Source: a bacterium (GTDB taxonomy: Bacteria; UBA8248). From it: a DNA stretch of 64,000 nt. Positions 26,991 through 36,602 of this stretch are shown one piece after another (position 1 is the first letter of the stretch; each line of letters opens with the position of its first letter). The notes below the pieces were generated by a model that was given only the letters and a program-made list of their open reading frames with translations, did no database searches and was not told the origin of the DNA. The position numbers and the translations under genes are program-made. The stretch spans positions 2,016,001 through 2,080,000 of the forward strand of contig CBDBEV010000001.1 in the NCBI GenBank assembly GCA_965204535.1, read 5' to 3'.

Positions 26991-29301
26991 AATGGCTACA
27001 TGGAAGACGGTGTTCGGCACCGTGGGAGTGCTCGCCCTTTTGAGCATTCCCGTCGTTATATGGACGCGCCGTCGCGCCCTGAGGCGCGCAAGAGATTCGG
27101 CGCCTGAATGGGGCGGCGTTTGGGAAGGCGGGTCCGGGGGCAGCGCGCCTGCGGGCTGGGAGGATGTTTCCTCGCGCTTCATCGACGATTTCATTCCGGA
27201 CGTCGATGAGGAACAACAAGAAGCGGCGCAGAGCGGAAGCGTCCGTGAGGCAGCCGGGGAATCCCCGGAATCTCTGGATGATGTAGAAGAAGGCATGCGG
27301 GTCATCGGGCAGGAAGGCCGCGAGGTGCTCGAAGAGGATGAGTTCCTCCCTCCGGAACCAGAAGGAGAGGCCCTTTCGGAAGATGACGAAAAGCCTGCGC
27401 TCCCCGTGGATGAAGAGTCCGCCTCGGAATCGGAGGCTCCCTGGTGGGAGGGATTGTCCGCTCCCCTCGATGCGGAATCCCCTCGCGAGGCGGATGAGTT
27501 GCCGGCGGGAGCCGAACCTCGACGCGAAACGCAATTCGAGGCTGAAAGCGCCCTCGCCGATGCGGGGGAGGTTCCAGAAGCTGTCGAAACGAGCGAAGGC
27601 GCGGACGCTCCGCTGCGCATGCGGATTCCCGCTGTGAGCGAGGTCCGCGACGACGCGGTTTCCGCCGCCGATGTGCCTGCTGATGATGAAGAGGAAGGCG
27701 CCCTCCGCCTCACGCATGAGGGCGAGGACGTGGCGGATGCTCCCGCAGATTCTGTGCGTGAGGAGCGAGAGGATGATAAGGTTTCGGAAGCCGCGGACGA
27801 ATCGCCGCCGGAACCACAACTCGAAGAGCAAGAAGATGAGCCGTCGTCTCAGCCTGAAGTTCTGCTTCTCGCGGAAGCTGGACCCGATGAGGTTTCTCCC
27901 GATCCACAAGCCCTTGAGTCCGAGGAGGCGCCTTCGGCCCCGGAGCCGGAAGAAGAAGCCGCGGCGGCTGTTGGCGAGGTAGATGTCATTTCCCTCATTC
28001 AGCGTGAACGCGTCGATGATGACGCTTTCTCGCAGGGCGCCGCCTTGGGCGAAGAACCCGAGGAACTTGATTTTCCTGCGGACGACGATGCGGGGCAATT
28101 CGCTCCCGGCGCGGCGTTGCCGCCCGCCGCCTCGCATGAGGCTCCGGCGAACACGCCCTCTGAATTGATAAGCGAACTCGTGGCGGATATTTATCCGGGA
28201 GATTTGCTGCTGGCGGAAAACGTGGAGCATGAGCTTCCCGCCTGGACCCCGGGCGTTGTGAACGCCGCCGGCATCGACCTCGGTCAACGCGAGAGAACCC
28301 GGCAGTCACCGGCTTCCGAAGAATATCTGCGTCTGGCCATTCTCGAGATGATTCTGGGGCGCGTTGAGGATGCGACGGAACACCTCAAGGAATCGCTGCG
28401 GCGCGCGAGTCGACTCGCGCCCGTTCTCAACGCGCTGGCCGTGGCTTCTTATCTGCGGGAAAAGGTGGAGCCTGCGATTTCCTATTCCCGCGAGGCATTC
28501 CGCGAGGCGGGTCGGGATATTTCGGTGCTGGCGGTAGTCTCCCGGAACATGGGGTATTTCTACCAGCGAAAGGGTGATGACGAGAAGGCGGCGGAATCCT
28601 ACGAGAAGGCGCTCGCCTATATCGGGCCGGAGGGAGGGCTTGAGCAACTATCCACCTTGCGCATGCGTGTCGGCCGGTTGTTCCGCCGTCTGGGGGACAA
28701 GGAGAAGGCCGGAGAGCATCTTTCCGAGGCGGCGCACCTGTTTCACAGGTCGGGAGACAGGCGCAACGAGGCGCGGGCGCACACCGCGCTCGCTTCCGTC
28801 TTGACGGAAACGGGCGAGTACGAGTCGGCGCAGGTGAGCCTTGATGATGCGCTGAACCTCTGCCGGAAAATCGAAGACAAGGCGGGTGAAGCGCTGGTGT
28901 ACTCTCAAATGGGGGTGTGCTTTGCGGCGCAGGAGCAATTCACGCGCGCGCTCCGGTATTACGAGAACGCCTTGCGGCTGAATCGCGGACTCGAGAACAG
29001 AAAAGGCGAGGCGGCGAACCTGAGCGGAATGGGGAACATTCACTACGCGCGGGGCGATTTACCCGAAGCGCGCGAGGCGTATGAGGCGGCCTTGGAGATC
29101 AACCGCGAACAAGGGAGCGCTCTCGCTCAGGGAGTAGCGCTCGGGAGCCTGGGCCGGGTGCATTTCGAGGGGCGCGAATGGGAAGCCTCGCGCGAATGTT
29201 TGACCGAGGCGCACCTCATCTTTCAGGAACTCGGCGCGGCGGAAGCGCTCGACAGCATCATGGAGATGCTCCGGGTGCTGGAGCAGCGCGCCGGTGAGTG
29301 A
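26983..29301 (+). CDS. Single-pass membrane protein with long acidic low-complexity region and C-terminal TPR array
   Basis: N-terminal TM followed by RRRALRR; about 400 aa rich in E/D/A/P/S; repeated ~40-aa TPR units (e.g. GEAANLSGMGNIHYARG). Confidence 0.8.
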   Translation: MFEMATWKTVFGTVGVLALLSIPVVIWTRRRALRRARDSAPEWGGVWEGGSGGSAPAGWEDVSSRFIDDFIPDVDEEQQEAAQSGSVREAAGESPESLDDVEEGMRVIGQEGREVLEEDEFLPPEPEGEALSEDDEKPALPVDEESASESEAPWWEGLSAPLDAESPREADELPAGAEPRRETQFEAESALADAGEVPEAVETSEGADAPLRMRIPAVSEVRDDAVSAADVPADDEEEGALRLTHEGEDVADAPADSVREEREDDKVSEAADESPPEPQLEEQEDEPSSQPEVLLLAEAGPDEVSPDPQALESEEAPSAPEPEEEAAAAVGEVDVISLIQRERVDDDAFSQGAALGEEPEELDFPADDDAGQFAPGAALPPAASHEAPANTPSELISELVADIYPGDLLLAENVEHELPAWTPGVVNAAGIDLGQRERTRQSPASEEYLRLAILEMILGRVEDATEHLKESLRRASRLAPVLNALAVASYLREKVEPAISYSREAFREAGRDISVLAVVSRNMGYFYQRKGDDEKAAESYEKALAYIGPEGGLEQLSTLRMRVGRLFRRLGDKEKAGEHLSEAAHLFHRSGDRRNEARAHTALASVLTETGEYESAQVSLDDALNLCRKIEDKAGEALVYSQMGVCFAAQEQFTRALRYYENALRLNRGLENRKGEAANLSGMGNIHYARGDLPEAREAYEAALEINREQGSALAQGVALGSLGRVHFEGREWEASRECLTEAHLIFQELGAAEALDSIMEMLRVLEQRAGE

Positions 29302-29310
29302 TGCCGATAT

Positions 29311-30498
29311 TTACGGCGCGTTTTCATCCAGCGTGAATTTCTCGAGCAGCCTGCCGTAGACGCGCGCGGCTTTTTTCAGCGAATCGACTTCGATGAACTC
29401 GTCGGGCGTGTGGGCTTGTTCGATGTTTCCCGGCCCCAGGAGAAAGCAGTTTCGGCTCCCGGTTTGGGCCGCGGCCATGCCCGCGTCCGAATAATAGCTC
29501 ACCCCCGCAGGCTTGGGCGCTGCGCCCAGGACTTCTTCCAAGGTCTCGAAAATGAGTCTCGCGCCGGCGCTGTCGGTGTCCGCCGTCACGGGCGGACGGT
29601 CCGCAATGGTGGCGCGAAGCGAGAATTCGACCCCGCTCACCCGGGCGCAGGCCCGGGCGGCTTTCTCGTGAATGATCCCCTGGATGTCGGCTGTCCGCAG
29701 GGGAGGGACGAAACGCGAGTCTATCTGCATCGTGCACCTTTCTGAAACCACGTTGGTCTTGTGGCCTCCCTCGATGATGCTGGTGACCATGGTGCATCGT
29801 CCCAGCAGGGGATCCTCGTGGGGGATTTGCGCCACCGCTTCCTGAAGCGCCACCACGGCGTGGGATGCGGCGTGAATCGCGTCTGCGCCCATGTGGGGCG
29901 CTGCGGCGTGGGCGCTTTTTCCACTGAATATGAGTTCGAACCACATGGCGCCTTTTTGCGCCGTCACCAGGGTGAGTTCGGTCGGCTCGCAGGAAATCAC
30001 GATGTCGTCCGCATGGATGTGTCCGCTCGCGATGGCCGCCTCTGTGCCGGTCATGCGGCCGCTTTCCTCATCCACCACCATGCAGCAGCGAACCGTTCCT
30101 TTGGCCTTTGCGCCGCCGTCGATTCGTATTTTTAGGTTCTCCAACGCCGCGAGACTCGCAGCGATGCCGCCCTTCATGTCGCAGCTTCCCCGGCCCCAGA
30201 TTTTCCCGTCTTCTGCGGCGGCGAGAAACGGGTCGCGCGACCACCCCTCGCCTACCGGCACGGTATCCATATGATTGAGAAAGACGAGGGCGGGGCCGCC
30301 TCCCGAGCCGGTGATCTCCGCGGTCACGTTCTCGCGCCTCTCGGCGACGCGCTCGCGCTTCGCTTCGAGGCCGATGCCCCGGAAAAATGCCTCCATCCGG
30401 TCCGCCATGGCGAACTCATCGCCCGTGGGGTTTTCGCTGGGAATCGCGATCAGCTCCTTGGTGAGCGAGACGGCTTGCGCCTCGATGGCCGCATCCAC
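29311..30498 (-). CDS. M20 metallopeptidase (ArgE/DapE-like deacylase)
   Basis: NHMDTV, GRGSCDMKGG, DEE, CEPT, AHTPDE. Confidence 0.9.
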   Translation of the reverse strand: MDAAIEAQAVSLTKELIAIPSENPTGDEFAMADRMEAFFRGIGLEAKRERVAERRENVTAEITGSGGGPALVFLNHMDTVPVGEGWSRDPFLAAAEDGKIWGRGSCDMKGGIAASLAALENLKIRIDGGAKAKGTVRCCMVVDEESGRMTGTEAAIASGHIHADDIVISCEPTELTLVTAQKGAMWFELIFSGKSAHAAAPHMGADAIHAASHAVVALQEAVAQIPHEDPLLGRCTMVTSIIEGGHKTNVVSERCTMQIDSRFVPPLRTADIQGIIHEKAARACARVSGVEFSLRATIADRPPVTADTDSAGARLIFETLEEVLGAAPKPAGVSYYSDAGMAAAQTGSRNCFLLGPGNIEQAHTPDEFIEVDSLKKAARVYGRLLEKFTLDENAP

Positions 30499-30570
30499 GT
30501 TATTTCTCCTGAGATTTGAGAATCGAGAGGGAATGATGCCGCATCTTGAGTCGTTTGGGTATGCGCCGCC

Positions 30571-31785
30571 TCATTCGGAATTGTGAAACCTCCTCATCAG
30601 GGAAGCGAAATTCCGCCCCGGCGTGACGTTCCCGAGGCATACCGCCTTATTCGCCCCGGTGACGCTCGGCAGGTTGTTCGTCTGTCCGGTGAGCGTGCCC
30701 CACGCCAGCAAGGCGAAACAGACCGCCTCGACGGCATCGGGCGAGACGCCCCGCGCGTCGCTTTCGACGAGGGGAAGATCGCCCAGGGCGGCGCGCAGGC
30801 CGCGCATCAAGGTCTTGTTGTGGACGCCGCCGCCTGCGGCCATCACCTCGGCGAGCGGGGAGTCGGTTGGAAAAAAATCCCGAATCGCATCCGCGACGCA
30901 CGAAGCGGAAAAGGCGGTGAGGGTGGCGATGGCGTCTTTCAGGTCCCTTCCGCGCGAAGCCATGCGTTCTATGGTTTCATCCACGAACGCTTCCCCGAAC
31001 ATTTCCCTGCCCGTGCTTTTGGGCGGTTTTCGTTTGAGGTAGGAGTGCCGGCGGAGTTCGGCCAAGGTATCGGGGCATACGCGGCCGGCCGCCGCCAGAG
31101 CGCCGGCGGGGTCATGGGTTTTCTCGCCATTGGTGATCCGCCCCGCGAGAGCGTCGAGCGCCATGTTCGCCGGTCCGCAATCGAAACCGAAAACGCCTTC
31201 TGCTCCCACGGGAGGGAGATAGGTGACGTTCGAGATGCCGCCCAGGTTCAAGAAGGCGGAGGCGGTGTTTTCCCGGCTGAAGAGAATCCGGTGCGCCCAG
31301 GGGGTCAGGGGAGCACCCGCGCCGCCCGCTGCCACGTCGCGCGACCTGAAATCGCTGACGCAGGTAATTCCCGTGCGCTGGGCGATGAAGGCGGGGTCGC
31401 CAATCTGAAAGGTGGAGGGGAGCAGCGGCCCGCGCGCTCCCGCCATGCCTTCCGGCAGGTGGCGGACCGTCTGGCCGTGGCTGCCGATGAAGTCGATTTG
31501 TTCAAGCCGTGTGCCGGAGCGTGACGCGACTTCGAGCGCGGCCGAGGCGAAGGCTTCGCCCACCTCCCGGTGCAGGGAGCACACCTCGTCCGTCAGGGCG
31601 CCCGCTTCACCCCCGGCGAGCAAGAGCCGTTCTCTCAGATTCCCAGGGTAGGGAGCGGCGTGAAAGTCCAGGGTTTCGACTCGCGTCCGTGCACCGGGAA
31701 ATATCCGCACCAGGGCGGCGTCCACGCCATCGGCGGAGGTCCCCGACATGAGGCCGATGGCCAGGAGGGGGCGCGGGTCGTTCAT
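30571..31785 (-). CDS. anmK: Anhydro-N-acetylmuramic acid kinase
   Basis: IGLMSGTSADGVD, GSHGQT, DFRSRD...GAPL, NLGGISN, FDCGPAN, PKSTGRE. Confidence 0.96.
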   Translation of the reverse strand: MNDPRPLLAIGLMSGTSADGVDAALVRIFPGARTRVETLDFHAAPYPGNLRERLLLAGGEAGALTDEVCSLHREVGEAFASAALEVASRSGTRLEQIDFIGSHGQTVRHLPEGMAGARGPLLPSTFQIGDPAFIAQRTGITCVSDFRSRDVAAGGAGAPLTPWAHRILFSRENTASAFLNLGGISNVTYLPPVGAEGVFGFDCGPANMALDALAGRITNGEKTHDPAGALAAAGRVCPDTLAELRRHSYLKRKPPKSTGREMFGEAFVDETIERMASRGRDLKDAIATLTAFSASCVADAIRDFFPTDSPLAEVMAAGGGVHNKTLMRGLRAALGDLPLVESDARGVSPDAVEAVCFALLAWGTLTGQTNNLPSVTGANKAVCLGNVTPGRNFASLMRRFHNSE

Positions 31786-34016
31786 GAGGGGGGCGTTCCC
31801 CCCTGTTTCGAGCGCTTCGTCTCCCCATATATCCTTTTATACTCGTGGTAATAGCCCAACACTCTTTTGACGTAGTTTTTCGTTTCCTGGTAGGGAATTT
31901 CCTCGATGAAAATTTCGATCGGCTTGTTGCGCCCGGCCGCCCACCATCTTTTGACGGGTCTGCGCCCCGCGTTGTAGCTCGCTATCGCGGGAACGAGCGC
32001 GCCGCCGAACTCGCGAATGAGCGTGCCCAGGTGCCGCGCGCCCAGGCGGGTGTTGATCTCGGGGTCGAACAGGTCGCTCACGGACCTGATGCGGACTTTG
32101 TGCTTCCTCGCGAGCCTGCGCCCGGTCGCGGGCATGAGCTGCATCAGCCCCCGGGCGCCGGCGGGGGAGATGGCGCGGGTGTCGAAGGCGCTCTCCGCCC
32201 GGATGACGGCGTTCACCAGATAGGGGTTCGCCCCTCCGGGTTCTCTGCGTTTGACGACGAGCGGATATACGGTTTCCCAGAATTCCCTCGGCAGGTCGCT
32301 GCCACCCGCGCGCACCGCATCCCAGAAGGATTCGTTGATCAGGTATATGGCGCGGTGGCTCTGGCCCGCCGCCGTGAAGGCGCGCGCCGCCTGGTAGCGC
32401 GAATATGGCCATGAGCCGAGGCGGCGGTATTCCTTGGCGGCGAGTTCGTGAAAACCCATGGAGGAGAGCAGCGCGGCCGCCTCGCGAACCGGAGCGCTTT
32501 TGGGCGGTGGCCGCAGCCATTTGCGGAAGCCGGTCTTTCTCAGAGGGGGTGGCTTCGGCGCGCCGGATTCTCCCCCGCGCGCGAGACGGCTGATGGCCCG
32601 CAGGGCGAGTTGTCCGTAATAGCGGTGGCGGTGATCCCGGGCGCAGGCGCGGTAATGGGCGAGAGCGCTTTTTCGGTCCCCCGTTTTTTCCGCCGAGACG
32701 GCGGCCCAGTAAGTGGCGGATGAGACAAGCCAGTGTCCGGGGTAAGCGGCTCTCATCCTGGAGAATCCCTTCTGCGCCCCCCGGTAGTCTTTGGACTGGA
32801 AGCGGAGCCAGGCGAGTTGGAACAGCGCCTTGGGCGCCAGGGGTGAGCGCGGGTGTTTGGAGATCACATCCTTGTAATAGCGCGCGGATTTTTTGAAATT
32901 GCGGTCGTCCTCATATACGCGGGCGAGGAGGTAGCGCGTCTTCGCCGCCCATTTCCCTTTTCGCGTCTCGGTGAGCAGGCGGTGCGCCTGTTTTTCGAAG
33001 GCGGGTTGATTTCTCTTGCGCAGGTGGTTTCTGGCCAGATAATACCGCGCCTCCGCACGCCCGGCGCTGCCTGCGGCGTAATGTCTGATGGCGTGCCTGA
33101 GGGCGGGGTCCGCCCGTTTCGTTTTGCGCAGGGAGAAAAGGGTGAGCGCTTCGTTGAACACGACGCCCTTGTGGGAGCTGGTGTGTTGATAGAATTTCGG
33201 GAACAGGCGCTTCAAGTCCCCAAACCCTTTCAGTGCCTTTTCGAAGCGATAGCGTTTCCTGAGGAGCCGGGCGCGTTCGTAGTGGGCTATGGGCCCCGGT
33301 TTTTTGAGCGGCGGGGAGAGGGCGGCGCCGATTCGCGTCGAGCGTCGCAGCGCCCGGCGCGCGGCGGGGTGTTCGGGATGCCGCCGCCACAATTTGCGAA
33401 AGGCGAGCGCAGCTTCGCGGTTTCGACGCGCGGCACGGAGTGCTTTGGCGCGCCTGAGCAGAAGATCGGGTGCCTCCAGGCTTTTCGGGAACAGGAGAAG
33501 GTAGCGCTTGGCGATCTTGGCTGCGCGCAGGGGACGCTTTTCCTCGAGGTTTATGTCGACGAGCGCCTTGTAGACGAAAGGAGGCTCGGGCGCTTTTTTC
33601 CCTTTTTTGACCAGTCTTTCGAGCGCGCGCCGGGCGATGGCGTTATCCCTGGCGCCGAGCGCGGCTTTCGCCAGAAACAAGAGCGCGTAGTTCTCGAGCG
33701 CGGGAATCTGCTCGAGCGATTTCTGTAAAGATTTGATCGCCGGACGAAACTGCTCGAGTTTCAAATGGGCGTGGCCCAGCAAAAAAGAACGCCTGCCGGC
33801 CAGGTCCGTTTTTTCCCGGCGCAGGGTGCGAATGAGTTCCTTGTATCGCTCCTTGGCCAGGAGATTTTCGATTCGGGTGGGCAGAGGCGGGCGGGCGGCT
33901 TTTTTTTCGAGCGATGGTTTTATGGCGGGCGCGGGTCGCTCCTTCGGTGCGGATGAGACGAGCGTCGGCAGCAGATACAAGCCGAGAATGGCGGCGATGC
34001 AGGCTCGCGGCTTCAT
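31782..34016 (-). CDS. slt: Soluble lytic transglycosylase with N-terminal TPR repeats (Slt70-like)
   Basis: Signal peptide MKPRACIAAILG...; C-terminal IRAESAF, GARGLMQLMP, ASYNAG, ETKNYV; stop overlaps the anmK start. Confidence 0.9.
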   Translation of the reverse strand: MKPRACIAAILGLYLLPTLVSSAPKERPAPAIKPSLEKKAARPPLPTRIENLLAKERYKELIRTLRREKTDLAGRRSFLLGHAHLKLEQFRPAIKSLQKSLEQIPALENYALLFLAKAALGARDNAIARRALERLVKKGKKAPEPPFVYKALVDINLEEKRPLRAAKIAKRYLLLFPKSLEAPDLLLRRAKALRAARRNREAALAFRKLWRRHPEHPAARRALRRSTRIGAALSPPLKKPGPIAHYERARLLRKRYRFEKALKGFGDLKRLFPKFYQHTSSHKGVVFNEALTLFSLRKTKRADPALRHAIRHYAAGSAGRAEARYYLARNHLRKRNQPAFEKQAHRLLTETRKGKWAAKTRYLLARVYEDDRNFKKSARYYKDVISKHPRSPLAPKALFQLAWLRFQSKDYRGAQKGFSRMRAAYPGHWLVSSATYWAAVSAEKTGDRKSALAHYRACARDHRHRYYGQLALRAISRLARGGESGAPKPPPLRKTGFRKWLRPPPKSAPVREAAALLSSMGFHELAAKEYRRLGSWPYSRYQAARAFTAAGQSHRAIYLINESFWDAVRAGGSDLPREFWETVYPLVVKRREPGGANPYLVNAVIRAESAFDTRAISPAGARGLMQLMPATGRRLARKHKVRIRSVSDLFDPEINTRLGARHLGTLIREFGGALVPAIASYNAGRRPVKRWWAAGRNKPIEIFIEEIPYQETKNYVKRVLGYYHEYKRIYGETKRSKQGGTPPS

Positions 34017-34039
34017 GTCGATTTTCAGTTTTTTGATTT

Positions 34040-35224
34040 TTACTCCCCCCGTCGCGCGAATTCGGCCTGAACGGCCCGGCGAGCCCCTTCGTCGAGAAGA
34101 AAGTCCACCCCCGTCATCGCCAGCGCCTTGGCGCCTGTGAGCATGACGCGCCTGCCCTCCGCTCCGCCGGATGCTTCGGCGAACTCCGGCGTGTGCGCGG
34201 AAACGCCCGATGGGACCATCTGGATTTGCGGATGAATGGTGGGCGTCTGCTGGCTGACGTTCCCCACGTCGGAGGAGCCCATCCGCAGGGGCGGCGGGGA
34301 GTCGGGCTCGACAACGCCGAGAAGATTCAGGTTTTTCAGGAACAACGACGCCAGGGGCGGGTTGACCCGCATGGGGGCGTAGATGATGGGGTTTTTCTCC
34401 GTCTCGAGTTCCGTTCCCGTGGCCAGGGCGGCGCCTTCCGCGCAGGCGATGACCCGCGGCGCCAGAGCATCGAGTCCCTCCATCGTTTTGCTCCTCACGA
34501 AAAACCACGCGGAGGCTTTATCGGGGATGATGTTGGGCGCCTCCCCGCCCTCGGTGATTACGCCGTGCACGCGGTCGCCGCTGGGCAGTTGTTGGCGTAG
34601 CAAGGAGACGGCATTGAACGTGGCGATGACGGCGTCGAGCGCGTTGACGCCCAGGTCGGGTGCTGCGGAGGCGTGGGCGGTGCGTCCCCTGAAGTGAAAG
34701 CGAAGCTCTGAGAGCGCGAGAAAATCGACATCGGCCCTGGTCTTGTCCGATGGGTGGATCATCATGGCGGCGTCCACATCCCGGAACATGCCGGCCTGCG
34801 CCATCAGCACCTTGCCGCCACCGCCTTCCTCTCCGGGCGTGCCGAAAACGGTGACGCCTCCGCATTCGGGGCCGAGCGCTTTTCTGAGCGCCACGCCGGC
34901 GGCAGCGCTGGCGACCCCGATGACGTTGTGCGCGCAGGCATGCCCGAGGCCGGGCAGCGCGTCGTATTCCGAGAGAAACGAAACGGATGGTTTTTTCTCA
35001 TCCGCGGCGGGCCTGTCCGCGCGAAACGCGGTGGGCAGGTTCGCCACGCCGCGCGCGAGGGCGAATCCGTTTTCCTCGAGATAGGTGCAAAGCCGCTCGG
35101 CCGCGCGGTGTTCTTCGAGGCTGAGTTCAGGGTCTGCGTGAATCGCGAGAGAAAGCGCCCACAGCGCATCCGCCTCATCGTCGATTAGCTTCGAAATGGC
35201 GGTTTTTGCCTCGTGAATATCCAC
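34040..35224 (-). CDS. M20 family amidohydrolase (PM20D2/ACY1L2-like)
   Basis: EYDALPGLGHACAHN, GTPGEEGGGGK, MIHP, GSSDVGNVS. Confidence 0.9.
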   Translation of the reverse strand: MDIHEAKTAISKLIDDEADALWALSLAIHADPELSLEEHRAAERLCTYLEENGFALARGVANLPTAFRADRPAADEKKPSVSFLSEYDALPGLGHACAHNVIGVASAAAGVALRKALGPECGGVTVFGTPGEEGGGGKVLMAQAGMFRDVDAAMMIHPSDKTRADVDFLALSELRFHFRGRTAHASAAPDLGVNALDAVIATFNAVSLLRQQLPSGDRVHGVITEGGEAPNIIPDKASAWFFVRSKTMEGLDALAPRVIACAEGAALATGTELETEKNPIIYAPMRVNPPLASLFLKNLNLLGVVEPDSPPPLRMGSSDVGNVSQQTPTIHPQIQMVPSGVSAHTPEFAEASGGAEGRRVMLTGAKALAMTGVDFLLDEGARRAVQAEFARRGE

Positions 35225-35369
35225 TCAGGCTACGCCTCCAGGGGCGGGCGGGAGGCTCATTATCACCAGCCTTTCGGGGAGATGTCAACGATTTGCATCG
35301 ACTTGTTTGCATTGACGCGTACCGGCGAAAGGGGCGATACTGCATGCTCCGCCCGGAAGGAGAATAGAC

Positions 35370-36131
35370 TTGCCCCCTTTTTTGGCCGCGGCCGCGTTGC
35401 CGACGGGCGATTCCGCGCCACTTGCACCGCTTCAAGAGGAAATGGATGTCATCACCCTCGCCACCCAATCGGGCGGCATGGTGTTTTTCGTTTTGCTGGT
35501 GCTCGTGTTTTTCTCGCTCTCTTCCTGGGCCATCATCATCTGGAAATTTTGGGAGCTCAGAGGAGCGCGGCGGCGCTCGGCGATGTTCGTCGATGCGTTC
35601 TGGCGTTCCAAGCGCCTCGACAGGCTGTATGCGGAGCTCGCCGAGCATGAGGGCAGTCCGGTGGGCGAGGTGTTCGCCGCAGGCTATCAGGAAGCCGAAC
35701 AAGTGCTGAAGACGCGCTCTCGCGAAGGGGAGGAAGATTCGAGCGTTCTCACCTCGGAAATGACGGGGGTGGACAGCGTCGAGCGCGCGCTGAGGCGCGC
35801 GGCGAACGAGCAGGTGAGCAGGCTCGAGCGCATGCTGACCTTTCTGGCCACCACGGCGAGCGCCACGCCGTTCATCGGGCTCTTCGGCACGGTGTGGGGC
35901 ATCATGAATTCGTTTCGCGAGATCGGCGCCAGGGGTTCCGCCGGGCTCGCCGTCGTTGCGCCGGGCATCAGCGAGGCGCTCATCGCCACGGCGCTCGGGC
36001 TGCTGGCGGCCATTCCCGCCGTGATCGCCTATAATCACTACCAGGGCCGCGTGAAGGTGATCGCGGATGAAATCGAAAACTTTACGGCGGATTTCCTCAA
36101 TCTGGTCGACCGCCATTTCATGCGTTTATGA
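35370..36131 (+). CDS. tolQ: Tol-Pal system protein TolQ
   Basis: ATPFIGLFGTVWGIM, APGISEALIATA; first gene of the tol-pal operon. Confidence 0.95.
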   Translation: MPPFLAAAALPTGDSAPLAPLQEEMDVITLATQSGGMVFFVLLVLVFFSLSSWAIIIWKFWELRGARRRSAMFVDAFWRSKRLDRLYAELAEHEGSPVGEVFAAGYQEAEQVLKTRSREGEEDSSVLTSEMTGVDSVERALRRAANEQVSRLERMLTFLATTASATPFIGLFGTVWGIMNSFREIGARGSAGLAVVAPGISEALIATALGLLAAIPAVIAYNHYQGRVKVIADEIENFTADFLNLVDRHFMRL

Positions 36132-36146
36132 CGAGCGGAGCTTCCC

Positions 36147-36587
36147 GTGGCCGTTAAGCTGAACCGTGGTTCGAGCATCTCGGACATCAACGTCACGCCG
36201 CTCGTGGACGTGATGCTGGTGCTGTTGGTGATTTTCATGGTCACGGCGCCTCTGCTCGAAACGCAGAACCAGGCCGTGAACGTGGATTTGCCGCAGGTGC
36301 AGGCGGCGAAGGCGAACGTGGCCGAGGATGCCGTCGTCATCACGTTGGACAAAAAACGCGACATGTATATAAATGATAACCCGCTGGTCGCCGCCGAGTT
36401 GAAGGAGAAGCTCACGGTGCTCTTCAAAGACAGGAGGCGCAAGGAAATCTTTCTCAGGGCGGATCGCGCGGTTCCTTACGGGGAGGTGGTCGAGGTCATG
36501 GCCATCATTCGCGCGGCGGGCATCAACCGCCTCAACATGGTGACCGACCCCCTGGAGTCCGCTCGGGGCGGGCGGCGCAGACGCTGA
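36147..36587 (+). CDS. tolR: Tol-Pal system protein TolR
   Basis: INVTPLVDVMLVLLVIFMVTAP, LRAD, YGEV. Confidence 0.94.
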   Translation: MAVKLNRGSSISDINVTPLVDVMLVLLVIFMVTAPLLETQNQAVNVDLPQVQAAKANVAEDAVVITLDKKRDMYINDNPLVAAELKEKLTVLFKDRRRKEIFLRADRAVPYGEVVEVMAIIRAAGINRLNMVTDPLESARGGRRRR

Positions 36588-36602
36588 GAAGTCGATGGCC
36601 CC

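Noticed and set aside
31782-34508. 908-aa version of Slt, and similar N-terminal extensions of fbp, dcm, the MBL hydrolase and the ExoIII-like ORF
   Set aside because: The extensions overlap neighbouring genes or repeats; internal starts with an RBS, signal peptide or family N-terminus fit better.
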